Assembly (NCBI GenBank): GCA_951406725.2
Contig: OX597831.1
Coordinates: forward strand, 64,790,001-64,854,000
DNA length: 64,000 bases
Reading direction: 5' to 3'
Origin: Octopus vulgaris
Lineage: Eukaryota
Each line of letters opens with the position of its first letter. Positions within the stretch are counted from its first letter, which is position 1. The notes under the pieces are model-generated. The model worked only from the letters and a program-made list of their open reading frames with translations. It was not told where the DNA came from and made no database searches. A program made the position numbers and the translations under genes. Positions 12,384-26,355 of this stretch are shown in pieces.

Positions 12384-12962
12384 CACACACACATATATAT
12401 ATATATATACACACATATTTGATATATATATATATACAGACACGCACACACATGCATGCATGTATGTATGTATGTGTGTATGTATGTATGTATGTATGTA
12501 TGCATGCATGCGCGCGTATGTGTATGTTTGTCTATGGACTCCAACGTACAAATATACACACACAAGCACACACAGGGACTCATATTTATATACACGAAGC
12601 ACGACGGTTCCTTTTCATGTTCCGTCTATTGCAGACGAAAGCAATAGACACTAATTACTACATAAACACAGTAAATGAGTTCCAAATCATTAAAAAAAAA
12701 AAAGAAAGTTGAATTATAATCATCGACATTCAATGTTAATTCAATTCGGCAAAAAGCAATTACTTCCATGTGAGAGAACGAATTAGTTTTCCAAGGGTTT
12801 CTTCACTTGGGTACATCGAGTAAATAATAATAATAATAATAAATGCGTGACGTTATTATAACCCACGTGCGTGATTACAGATGCAAGCTAAAGTTAATTA
12901 TCCTAACAAAGATATATAATGATTCGTTACTTCGTTATGAGGAGCGGTGTCGGTGGACACAC

Positions 12963-13210
<248 letters not shown>

Positions 13211-14239
13211 ACAGATATAAACAATGATGACGCCTGAAAATGGCTTTCCTTTATTAGATACTTTCGATCTTTAATTCTTCAGACGTACTCATTATGCATT
13301 TCCGTCAGACGCTGGTCATTAAGACAATTTAATTTAATTATTTTATAAATATATATATATATATAAAATTAAATTAGAGATAAAACCACTATTAGGCAAA
13401 TCAAACAGTGAAAAACATAGACCAAAACTTAAAAATAAAAATAATTAATATAATTTACAAAATATATAAGATATAAAATTTAAAATTAAATTATTTAAAT
13501 TTAAAATTATTAATTTATATTTATATTTATAATTTTTTATATGTATATATATATATAGGCAAATCAAAAACAAAAACAAAACAACAAAAGTCAAAAGAAC
13601 GTACAAAGTGAATGTATTAGGTTGGCGCTCAGAGAAAGTTTAAGATGAGAAAAGCGGGTGTATATATATTTATTTATATTTATTTCCCACGGTAAAACAA
13701 TAGTTTTTCTGTGAAATACATATATACACATGCACATGTTTCTAAAAACACAAACACACACACACGCATATATATATATATATATATATGTGCATATTAT
13801 ATGTATATAAATATATATATAAATATATAATGTATATATTTGTATACATGCATATGCACATGTGTGTGTATGCGCGCGAGTGTAGCTGCCTATATGTATT
13901 ATGCGTTTGAATGCACGAAGTGTTGGTTATCTTTTGCAGGAATATTTTTAACTCGTGCATGGAACAGAAAATGAAAGTATACAGTTGATAGGAAGAATTA
14001 AAGAAAGCTAGGGTTCAGTCAAACATTTTAAAGGAGGGTCAGCATCTGTCAGTGTCTGGTTAGAAGTTCTAGAATATCAAAAATACATAAATTGTACGTT
14101 CACTAGAATATGGCATCTTATGATGTTTTTTCTTTTAAAATATAAATGCTTACTTTTTTTTATAGCACATTAATACATATATTGGAAAAGAGGAAAATGC
14201 GAGCAATACCACACATTTATACGTGTAACGTACACACAC

Positions 14240-14293
<54 letters not shown>

Positions 14294-14391
14294 TTATATA
14301 TACCCGTACGCATGCAAATCTAAATACTAGACACACAAACACAAATACATGCATACTTGAATGCATGCATACATGTATGTTAGTATGATAA

Positions 14392-14568
<177 letters not shown>

Positions 14569-16253
14569 TGTATATGTCTGTGCGTCTGTGTACATATATA
14601 TGTGTGTGTGAGTGTATGTGTCTGGCTGTTTCTGTATGTATGTATATGTCTGTACACATATAATGCATGCACGTACATATACAAACTCATGCATATATAA
14701 ATACATACATACACACATACAAGCACAAATGCATCAATATATATATATATATACATACTTTCTATTATATACCGTATTATAGGGTAACGAAATTCTTACC
14801 AGATTCAATGGTCGAGTACTGCGCAGTATCCATGTGAGTGGTAGTTTTGTGCAGGTGAGAGCGACCGACCACGACTCCTCTCGAGTCCAAACTGACAGAC
14901 CAAAGTCTCTATTTTCACTTTTTCTTTCACTATCTTTGATGTTCGGCTTCAGCTCCCCCCCCCGTGACAGGGCAAAATAGTTGGTAGAGAGCAGCTTTCC
15001 CGCTACGTCGTTTCTCTCTCTCTCTTCACTCCTCACTCTTAACTAATTATCAGCTAACGTGCTGGCCTCACGTCCCGCTCTTGTATGTATTTCTTCGACT
15101 GCTGATAAGATTTTCTAGATCTTCTTCCAGTTTGCTGTTCCATCATGATAGTGTTCTCATCACACGCTATGTTTTCATTCGGTGCCTTGCTTTGTTTTCC
15201 TGTCAGAGCCGGGTCTCAGCAGCTGTAGCAGGCAGGCAGGCTGGCTGGCTGGCTGGCTTGGCGCTGTTCGAAGCCTCTCCACTTCCAGACTTCTCTTGAC
15301 ACCGTGTGGCAGCTCGGTTTTACTTACAGGATGACCGAACCCCGACTGCCACCAAACAAGCGCGGGCTGTCCTTCATATGTCTGCCCCAGACCATCAACA
15401 AACACGTTCGGCTTGCTTTCTGATTGGTGCTGCCTAACCAACCGTAACGTAAGCCTCTCACAACAGCCACGCCCATCTGCCTGCAGTTTAAGAGGAGGGA
15501 CGGCATCGGGCAAAGGAAAGAAGAGATGATAGTGATGATAGTGATGATGGATGAGGGATCGGAGTTGATGATGATGATCATGATGATGATGATGATGAGA
15601 AAAGAGGAGGCGGAGGAGGAGGCTGAAGTGGAAGGAAAGCTAATATTTGTTTATCGCCAAGCTACCCAACATGACGAATAAAAGGGTAAATGGGTAGACG
15701 GGGTGGCTGTAGAAGAGAAGAGGAGGGAGAGGAGGGAGGGAGGATGAAGTGTGGTCAACAAAAAAGATGTTTAGTTAGTGTTTGTTTGTTTGTTTGTTTT
15801 TATTTAAAGAGTGGTAGGGGTAGGGGGTGGGTGGGTGTCCATAGAGGGGGGTGGTGGGGTGTTTGTTGTTGTTTGTGTTGGATTCAAATATTTATTGGAA
15901 CACGCTTCCGACTATCATAAGTAAAAACAAAAATACTTAATATGTTACACACAGCGCACACACACACACACACGCACACACACACACACACATACACACA
16001 CACACACGCACACGCGCACACACATATACATGCATACATTCACAGACTCGCGTGCATATGTCTATATACATATGCATGTAGACACATGTATACCACACAC
16101 ACACACACATACATATATGCATACATACATAAATATATAGTGCTATAGTCTAGTGAGATACTGTTATAACACGCTATACATATGCACATATACATACATT
16201 CACACACATACAAATATGTATGTATATATGTGTGTGTGTGTGTTATAAACATA

Positions 16254-16645
16254 GAGTGGCTGTGTGGTAAGTAGCTTGCTAACCAACCACATGGTTCCGG
16301 GTTCAGTCCCACTGCATGGCATCTTGGGTAAGTGTCTTCTGCTATAGCCCCGGGCCGATCAATGCCTTGTGAGTGGATTTGGTAGACGGAAACTGAAAGA
16401 AGCCTTTCGTATATATGTATATATATATGTGTGTGTGTGTGTGTGTTTGTGTGTCTGTTTGTCCCCCTAGCATTGCTTGACAACCGATGATGTGTTTATG
16501 TACCCCGTCACTTAGCGGTTCGTCAAAAGAGACCGATAGAATAAGTACTGGGCTTACAAAGAATAAGTTCCGGGGTCGATTTGCTCGACTAAAGGCGGTG
16601 CTCCAGCATGGCTGCAGTCAAATGAGTGAAACAAGTAAAAGAGTA
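16254..16645 (+). mobile_element. Full-length composite SINE family B (tRNA head, internal TA/TG tract, AGTAAAAG tail)
   Basis: GGCTGTGTGGTAAG A-box, GGTTCAGTCCC B-box, tail CCAGCATGGCTGCAGTCAAATGAGTGAAACAAGTAAAAGAGTA. Confidence 0.9.
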
Positions 16646-16651
16646 TTTACT

Positions 16652-16976
<325 letters not shown>

Positions 16977-17630
16977 TATATAGACATGCCGAAACTGTTT
17001 GAATTATTCCGTTACGATTTGAGGACCCAAGTGAAGATAAGACAACATTATTTTCTGTTTGACCTCCACTTTGGTATATAGCAGGTGACTATAGCTAAGT
17101 GACTGTTTATAAGCCAGTGCTGTCCGTTTTCCATGTCATGTTGCCCTTAACAAAATCATAAAGTAAGGTTTCTTTCTCCAGCTGGTGCCAGCGGTGTTAG
17201 ATCGAGGTAACTGCAAAGAGACTGACGGTATGGTAATTTTCCCGTTCCATGGCGGTAGTTCCCCTAATCTGGGATACCACATGCTGTAACACCTCCAGCG
17301 GTAACTTGATGTGTTCAGCAACCAGCCCAGGCTCCGCTGTTCGTCAGGTTGAGAAAAGTAAACTGTCAAAGTAGCGGTTGCTCCCTGACAGGTTACTGGT
17401 CGAGTCTGTGACAATGGAAACCTCCAGCGTAGTCGGTCCCTGGAGCATAACCCTGCTCACTGCTATCGGGGCGCCACCTTTATCCGCAAGGGCGAGCCTC
17501 ATGCGTCAGAGTGGCTGTTCCAGCACTTTTCCCTCGCTATCCTCCTGGGGCAGTGTCTTTCCTATTTTGTCTGCTGGGTCCATGAGGCAGCCTGAATTAC
17601 CGGAAATTGTACGTTCCTCTCGCACGTTGT

Positions 17631-17753
17631 TTCAGGTTCAGTCCCACTGCGCGGCACCTTGGGCAAGAAGTATCTTCTACTAAGTCCCCGGACCGACCAA
17701 TGCTTTGTAAGTGAATTTTGATAGACGAAAACTGTGTGGATAACCTTTGTACT

Positions 17754-17812
<59 letters not shown>

Positions 17813-18050
17813 ATTGTGTGCTTGTGTTTGTGCCTCCCCCCAATTACTGCTCGGTAATCATTTTTTGTTTACGCCTGCATAACTTAGCGGTTCGGCAAAC
17901 GTGACCGATAAAATAATTACCAGATTTACAAAAAAAAAAAAAAAAGCAAAGAAAGACCATAAGTATTCTGGTTGATTTGTTCGATTCAACTGTTCAAGGC
18001 GATACTCCAGCATGGCTGCAGTCCAATGAGCAAAATAAGTTAAAAGGAAT
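17631..18050 (+). mobile_element. 5'-truncated SINE family B
   Basis: GGTTCAGTCCCACTGCGCGGCACCTTGGGCAAG...CCAGCATGGCTGCAGTCCAATGA. Confidence 0.8.
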
Positions 18051-18094
18051 AGTGCAACGATTTCCTACCTTTTCTGTACCAGATAACCCTAGAG

Positions 18095-18292
18095 CAGTGG
18101 TTCCCAAACTATGAGTCGCGACCCACAGATGGGTCGCGAACGGAATCTTAGTGGGTCGCAAAAAGTTATAAAATTATGCATTAGCTTTGATTAACTTCTG
18201 TCTATCGAGATAGTTCAAGACTTATAAGTGGGTCATCATAAACTGGTGTGATAAATAGTGGGTCGCGACCCTAAAACGTTTGGGAACCACTG
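18095..18292. mobile_element. hAT/Charlie-type MITE
   Basis: TIRs CAGTGGTTCCCAAAC / GTTTGGGAACCACTG; TSD CCCTAGAG/GACTAGAG, close to the NTCTAGAN target type. Confidence 0.9.
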
Positions 18293-18608
18293 GACTAGAG
18301 GATGCTTGGTTAGGTTTCGCGACGCCTACAAAAGTAACATCACACTTGAAGTTGAAAACATCAGTTTTCTAAGAGCTATTTTTGTTTGAAAAACTGAACC
18401 ACATATTGTACTCTTTCAGTTTTTTTACTAGTTTCAATCATTGGACAGCTGCCATGCAGGGGCAATCCCCTTCAAAGGGTCTTAGTTCAATAATTCACCA
18501 CCACTTCGGTCCATTTTGCCGAACCACTAAGTTACGGAGCCGTAAAAACCCAACATCGGTTGTCAATCGGGGTGTGGTGGGGGATAAAGACATACATGCA
18601 TACACATA

Positions 18609-18639
<31 letters not shown>

Positions 18640-18772
18640 ACAGGGTGGACCAAAAATCGCGCAACAAAACATCTGACATTTTATTTATATTACGTTATTA
18701 TTATTATTGCTGTTGTAGTTGTTGTTGTTATTATTATTATTATTATTATTAGCAGCAGTAGCAGCAGTAGCA

Positions 18773-18803
<31 letters not shown>

Positions 18804-18834
18804 TAGCAGTAGTAGTAGTAGTAGTAGTAGTAGT

Positions 18835-19230
18835 AGGTGGCGAGTTGGCAGAATCGTTAACACGCCGAGCAGAATGCTTAGCGGTATTTCGTCTGCCGCC
18901 ACGTTCTGAGTTCAAATTCCGCCAAGGTCGACTTTGCCTTTCATCCTTTCGGGGTCGATAAATTAAGTACCAGTTACGCACTGGGGTCGATATAATCGAC
19001 TTAATCCGTTTGTCTGTCCTTGTGTGTCCTCTCTGTGTTTAGCCCCTTGTGGGTAGTAAAGAAATAGGTATTTCATCTGCTGCTACGTCGTGAGTTCAAA
19101 TTCAGCCGAGGTTGACTTTGCCTTTCATCCTTTCGGGGTCGATGAAATAAGTACCAGTTGTGCAATGGTGTCAATGTAATTGACTAGACCCTCCCCACAA
19201 AATTTCAGACCTTGTGCCTTTACAACAAAA
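18835..19230 (+). mobile_element. SINE family A plus a tandem partial second copy
   Basis: Close match to 4865-5087; core repeated from about 19067. Confidence 0.9.
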
Positions 19231-19430
19231 GATTGTTATTCCTAATTTTGTTCATCGTATACACGTACGTCTGTATTCATTATTATTTTATTTACTTTAT
19301 ACAATTTCAGAAAAATTTAATCAGGTCTTTGATAATTCCGGAATGTATCGAACCTATTTTGTGCGAAACTTTTGTCCCACCTTGTTTGTGTATATATATA
19401 TAGGAAGGTTTGGAGATGATGTACAGGTAT

Positions 19431-19720
19431 TATATATTAGAAGAAATGAGGTAATCAGAAGATCGGATGGTTTATATTTACAGATATTTATTTATATATT
19501 ACATTTTTTACATATATATCATATCATTTAGATCATTAGCGCTTTTTAGTGGGGTTTTCAAATCAAAATACTTATTTTGATTTGAAAACCCCACTAGGAT
19601 GGGAGAAAGCGCTAATGATCTAAATGATATGATATATATGTAAAAAATGTAATATATAAATAAATATCTGTAAATACAAACCATCTGATCTTCTGATTAC
19701 CTCATTTCTTCTAATATATA
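19431..19720. repeat. Near-perfect palindrome with about 140-bp arms
   Basis: Arms 19431-19570 and 19573-19720 around a 2-nt centre; one short insertion in the right arm. Confidence 0.9.
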
Positions 19721-19752
19721 TATGCTTTATTGAAAAGCGGCAAAAATATCGC

Positions 19753-19799
19753 AAAAACTGTTAATCAGAGTTTCACGTTCTCGTTCGTCGGATAGTTTT
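19753..19799 (-). ncRNA. Minimal hammerhead ribozyme motif (CCGACGA core)
   Basis: Reverse complement AAAACTAT-CCGACGA-ACG-AGAA-CGT-GAAA-CTCTGATTA-ACAGTTTT. Confidence 0.6.
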
Positions 19800-21051
19800 G
19801 TTTAGATTGGAACAGAAATAAGGTTATAAGCAAACATGCAATTAGTTTAATGGATACACATTTGAAAATGGTTTTGTTTCATTGGTCCTTTCAACTAACG
19901 GTCTTAAGCATGCAATAAACAAAATTCAGAAGGAAGAACAAAATAGGGACATAGAGAGTGCTACGTAAAGATGCTAGCAAGAAGCAAGCAGGAATAGATG
20001 CTTCATAAAGTTTGCGCAACGAGCACACACACATAAAATGAACTGGTTTGTCCGGGGTTATAGTGATAAACACTTGGCCAAGGTGCCGCGCAGTGAGACT
20101 GAACCCGAAACCACCTGGTTACAAAGCGAGTTTCTTAATAGAACAAAAATATTATTAAGAGTTAGTTAATCCTTTTATGCTGAAAAGGTGATTTTTATAA
20201 ATGATCTACTCCGCTAACCACCTTCTGTCATACTTCATGAGGTACCATCACGCATCCCCCGGGGAAGGGAAGATCCCATCTTGGGAACCCCTGCTATAGT
20301 GAAACAGTACATAAGTCAACGAAATCAATGTATTGCAGATTCATAATCACAATGGTCGACGCCCCGTATCACGATAATGTCATGGGCCAGAGGTGCGGTT
20401 TCTTTCAACATTAGAAAGCCGTAAAGACTTCCCCGAAATTGCTAGCCTTGTACCAAAATTTGAGATCAATATTAGTTATACGAATGCATCGTTAAAAAAA
20501 AAATTAACCACATGATGCACAACGTACGTAAATAGTTCTAATACAGAAACAATATGAATGCTGATATATACTCAACATTCAATTGAGGAATCATAATTGA
20601 GGTCTGCGAGAACTAATCATGCAGCACAGTTTTATTTCTCAATCGAAGTGATTTGCCATCGATTTATTCCAATGCTTAGAAACACACACAATCTTCATAA
20701 AAGAAAAATGATAACAATTCACTTTCACCCGTAATTTTCAGTCTATATTGATGACAAAGATTCTCATGCTGTACCATCTGTTTTTAACTACTTTGCTTCA
20801 AAAATTATAAACATGTGATACTATTGACGTGAACATGTGATTATAAGTTAAGGGTGCAGGAGAGCAGGAATAATAGAGCGTTGGATAAACATGCTTTGCA
20901 TTATTTAGTTATATCTTATTCATTTCTGGGTTCAAATTTTCCTGAAATTGACTTTGTCTATCATACTTCCGGTGTATCATTAAAAGGAAAATTGATTTCC
21001 TACAATGAGCCAATGTAAGAAATCAATGCATTTGGGTTCCTATAAATTATA

Positions 21052-21191
<140 letters not shown>

Positions 21192-21196
21192 GGAAA

Positions 21197-22283
21197 AATA
21201 GAAGTTGAAAATGCACTGAGAATAATTATAATATTTATTATATTTAAAGATTTAACCGGTTTCACAGTTTACACTGATTTTCAAAAGTTTTAAATAGACG
21301 TGTTTTATGTCGTAGCTGTTTTGCTTCTGACTAGTGTTTGAAGCTTGCCCTATTTTTATTGGGAGTTTATGGCTCAAATTAGTATATGTTTTGAATAGGG
21401 TTTGATTGGTAGGGGATAGTCAAATAACCGGTCTTAGAAATTTTTTTAGGTTCCTCGCTACGTCTGTGTGTTAGTATCAAGCGACAATGTTTAGCGTCGT
21501 AAGTTAAGACTGACACGGTTGACTGAACAAGTCTAGGGGTTGTACTAAACAATCAATACTAAACAATCAATGTCTTCTGTCAAGAATAAACTCGTGATTA
21601 AGTTTAGAACCTTCTGTATGTTTCCCACTACGTCCGTGCGTTAGTGTCACATGGCAGTATATTTGGGGCCTAAAATGAAGGCCGATGTGGTTGAGTGAAC
21701 ATGTTTAGTTACAATCAAAGCACTTCAAATTTAATCTGTCTGGTGGGAGAGTAGACGGGAGTCGTTTGTATGTACTCCAGTGGATGAAGTTTAGGGTGTT
21801 AGCTGTGTCGGTTCCTCATGATAAGTGGCAGAATGAGTTTTGTTTGTGAATAGTTATTTGTGTATGTACTTTATTAAAGTTTGTTAAGTCTGGGTTTGTA
21901 CTTTTGTATGAAAGTATTCTCTTAGTTTTCCACTAGCTATGTCCTGTGAATACCGCAGTTGATGCAGGGATAAACAAAGTGAATACTTTCATACAAAAGT
22001 ACAAACCCAGACTTAACAAACTTTAATAATGTACATACACAAATAACTATTCACACACAAAACTCATTCTGTCACTTAACATAAGGAACCGACATAGCTA
22101 ACACTCTAAACTTTATCCACTGGACTTCATACAAACACTAGGCAGAAGCAAAACAGTTGCGACATAAGACACGTCTTTCTATTCCAAATTTTTGAAAATC
22201 AGTGTCAAATGTGAAACCGGTTAAATCTTTAAACATAATAAAAAATATTTTAACTATTCTCAGTGAATTTTCAACTTCTATTT
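21197..22283. mobile_element. Penelope-like element 3' ends in inverted arrangement
   Basis: Minus copy 21197-21925 and internally deleted plus copy 21981-22283; both begin with the GIY-YIG C-terminal-like peptide FIQKYKPRLNKL* and carry a hammerhead-like motif. Confidence 0.7.
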
Positions 22284-22488
22284 AGGAAAATCAGCTACGA
22301 TGCATTCTCATCGGCTATTAATGGCAATAGACGCCCCCTTCTTTTATACGGATATGCACATGCTTGTATATCTACGGTTCTAGGTGTGTGATAGGAGGAT
22401 GTATATGTGTATATATGTGTGTACATATGTACATATATGTATATTCGTATATGTGGTGAATGTATGTCTCTCTCTCTCTCTCTGTCTC

Positions 22489-22521
<33 letters not shown>

Positions 22522-22873
22522 ATATATATATGTATAAATGTATAAATATATATGTATGTAAGCATACACCTATGTGTATATGAGGATGATGTTGCGTGCA
22601 CATATACACATATATATATACATGTGTGCATGTGTGTGTATGTGTGTGTGTGGGTGTGTGGATATGTGTATGAGTACGTACATGCACATATATATGTTTG
22701 TGTGTGTATGGGCATGTACATATACATGTTTGTGTGAATGTGTACGTATGTAGACGTTAGGAACGAAGGAGGTTTTATGTCTATGTATTGTGAGAATATG
22801 GTTGCGTGTAACTTTTATCTTTTATATTTTTCCTACCTATTAGAGTAACGGTTTTTTATAGCGTCTGTTGCCA

Positions 22874-22938
22874 GTAATAGCCGATGAGAGTGCATCGTTA
22901 GCTCTTAGCTCCGGCATTTGAAATTCTGAGTACTACTA
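22874..22938 (+). ncRNA. Hammerhead ribozyme motif (CCGATGA core)
   Basis: TAATAG-CCGATGA-GAGTGC...GCATTT-GAAA-TTCTGAGTA-CTACTA. Confidence 0.55.
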
Positions 22939-23031
22939 TGACAACTTACTGATTGTCCTAAACTATACATATATAAATATCTTCTATTTATCTAATATCG
23001 AGGTGTCATTCTTCTGTTATCACTTATAATG

Positions 23032-23113
<82 letters not shown>

Positions 23114-23115
<2 letters not shown>

Positions 23116-23670
23116 GCCCTGATGCAGTACCAGGCAGTGGCTCTCATGGCTTCTGATCTTAACTGATTGGAAGTGTTATCATGTACATTGTTTTGTCTTG
23201 GTATTAAAGATGGGCTACAGCAAATATTCTGCTCAATACCACAGATTTGCTTGTCAGTTGTTTGACCTTAACCAGTTGAGCATGTCCCTTAGTGGCTGAC
23301 GATATGTGCATCTCTGATCACGAGCAGAAGTAGTGGGGGAGCATCATAGCCATGTGTTGAGAGGGATTCTTTGGGGTTTGAATAGTTTACCTCTGGAAAC
23401 ATGGGTGGTTCTTTCAACATCCTTAAACAACCCTTATTCAGGGACCGTTTGAGCGGGATGGGCTACTCAACCTGAAGAAAATTCTAACTGGGCCCCACCT
23501 GCAAGGTCATGTGCTGTTTATCTTGATATGAAATAACCATGTCGCGCACATATGGTTGTGATGCATGTGCCTGGTGTACCTTTATCAGACGGGTAGTCAT
23601 GATGGGTATATTGGGCTTCGTATATTTTACCCCAGTGTCACTTTGATGGCATGAACTGCTCTCTCACTCA
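23114..23670. mobile_element. Unclassified interspersed repeat inserted in (AAT)n
   Basis: Flanked on both sides by (AAT)n; homologous inverted copy at 60001-60338 and fragment at 51160-51327. Confidence 0.85.
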
Positions 23671-23697
23671 ATAATAATAATAATAATAATAATAATG

Positions 23698-23733
<36 letters not shown>

Positions 23734-23833
23734 TATAAGGAAAATAAGACAAGGTAGGAAATGCTAAAGTAATTTTATCAGGAAGAACATTTTAATGTCG
23801 GCTTCAGTTTTTGCGACTTTTTCAACTTTTTTC

Positions 23834-23964
<131 letters not shown>

Positions 23965-24429
23965 AGGAAAATGTCCCACGTATTTGAGAACTATGGAAAT
24001 ATTATTCTAAATGAACATTTCATATAATTTTTCTACAATTTAATTGTTTTTCATGCGAAGACGCCGCAAAGACTGACACCGGTACTAAAATGTTCTTCGT
24101 GATAAAATTATTTTAGCATTCTTCACGTAAAATCGCGTAAATGAAACAAGGATTCATTGTTTCATTGTTTCATTTACGCAAATCTACGAGAAGTCCTGTG
24201 AACGAAACGAGATTGTTTTCCAAAATGGAGGCGAACACCTTTCTTCATGTGATCGGCTTGAAAATTGTTAAAATACTTGTACTTATTCTATCGGTCTTTT
24301 TTGCCGAACCGCTAACGCTACGAGGACGTAAACGCACCAACACCAGTTGTCAAGCGGTAATGGGGGACAAACACAGATACAAAGATGCACATATCGATAT
24401 ATAAATACATACATGCACACATATATATA

Positions 24430-25144
24430 TTGGGTCATCCCATAAGTAATGCGTTTTTTTTCAATTGCATTAACTAAAAGTGGGAGGGAGACGGGATAAA
24501 CTACCTGCATCAACTTGCATTAAAGCTGGTAGTAATTTTACCTTGCCCTTATTCTTAGTGTAAGTTTTGAAGAGTGCAGTTCGATTTTGACAGTTATTTT
24601 TACAAAGCTATCATGGAAGTGACAAAGGAGCATATTCGGCAATTTGCTTTATGAGTTGAATAAAGGCAACAGCGCAACGGAAAGTGCGAGGAATATCAAT
24701 CCAGTAAATCAATCCGTTATGTTCTAAGTTCAAATTCCACCGAGGTAGACTTTGCCTTTCATCCTTTCGGGGTCAATTAAATAAAGTACCAGTTACACAT
24801 TGGGGTCGATGTAATCGACTTAATCCGTTTGTCTGTCTTTGTTTGTCCCCTCTGTGTTTAGCCCCTTGTGGGTAGTAAAGAAATATATTTATTCCAAAGT
24901 CTTCAAAATTATTTGGTCGGAAAAAATATGAATTCTGTAGACGAGGTCAGAACATTACTGGAGGAGTCTCTTTCGTCACGGAGAAGTGAATATTTGAAGA
25001 GGGACTTTGCAAGTCTACCAGATAGATGGAAGAGCATAGTAAAAAATGTAGGAGAGTATATTTTAGATTAAAAAAGCACGCTGTTTATCTTAATTTTGAA
25101 AAATAGAAGAATAAAAAGACCGCATTATTTATGGGATGAACGAT
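24430..25144 (+). mobile_element. Internally deleted mariner with a SINE A insertion (about 24713-24886)
   Basis: TIRs TTGGGTCATCCCATAAGTAATGCG / CGCATTATTTATGGGATGAACGA; MEVTKEHIR start; C-terminal YLFQSLQNYLVGK...SLPDRWKSIVKNVGEYILD*. Confidence 0.85.
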
Positions 25145-25157
25145 TATATATATATAA

Positions 25158-25202
<45 letters not shown>

Positions 25203-25659
25203 TGTGTGTAGACAGAGTTAGCGGTTGTAATAACCGACTAAATGGTAAAAGATCCGTATATACTATCGGTATCCGTTACCCGTATTATCCCGGACATTGG
25301 TGTGCAGGCATACCATGCACGTATATATATAAAAAAATGTCCAGTTCCTTTGGTTTGTGTCTATGTTTTCGTTTCTCATTGTGTTCGACGTCCTTTTGGT
25401 GTCCTGTACTCATATATGCGTGTATATGTACATGTAGAGGTAGGTACGTACATATATGTTTATATATATGCATATGTTTTATTTTATTTATTAATGTATT
25501 ATATATACATATATATATAAAGATGTATATATACGACAGCCTTCTTTCAGTTACCGTCTGAGACTGAATCCGGGATCATGTAGTTGGGAAGCAAGCTTCT
25601 TGCCACACAACTATGCCCTGAACCTCTATATGTATGTATATATTTATGGATGAATGGAT

Positions 25660-26355
25660 CAGTGGCGGTTCATAGATAAAATTAGTGGGGATGCTGCTTC
25701 AGAAAATTTTTAACCGTTGTTTTAATATTGCGTAAAAGGAAACAAGCATATAAAAAGTATATTTATACATAAACTTGATCGGTTCTCGTTTTAGCCACTC
25801 ACGGGTAGTGTGTTTAATTTGTTCACTGAACACCGCCGCGAATTACCCCTTATTTTTTAAAAATCTCCCCTAGATCACAAAATAAGGTGTGCCTTTTTTT
25901 CAAATCCTGGCAGCAACACTGAAGCTGGAAGCAGGATAATACTCTAATTCTTCACTTTATCACATTCAAGAATATAAACACGTTTTTAAGCACAACATAC
26001 GCGGAGTCAAAAAGAAATACTACCATTCACCGGAAGACCAGTCTCGTCACTGTCGTTCACGCAATGCTCTCTCTCCCTAGCGTGAAGCTTCCTATCTCGA
26101 ACAAGTGCGCATGCGTACAACAGCCAAACACCGCATCGCTAGAACTGTGAAGCGCACAGTTCTATACAAGGGATTTTGTATTTTTCTCATAAAGTAGGGG
26201 ATAGCTACTAACATTAAGCTTAAGGATTATATAATGTACAAGTATAAAGAAAGAATTAAAGAAAAAAGGACTCTTTATATTGAATGTTATCGATAATATC
26301 GAGTGGAAATAGGGGCTGCTACAGTTCCACAGTGCCTATGCACGAGTCGCCACTG
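25660..26355. mobile_element. Non-autonomous hAT (Tip100-like) element
   Basis: TIRs CAGTGGCGGTTCATAGATA / TATGCACGAGTCGCCACTG; 8-bp TSD GAATGGAT/GGATGGAT. Confidence 0.8.
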
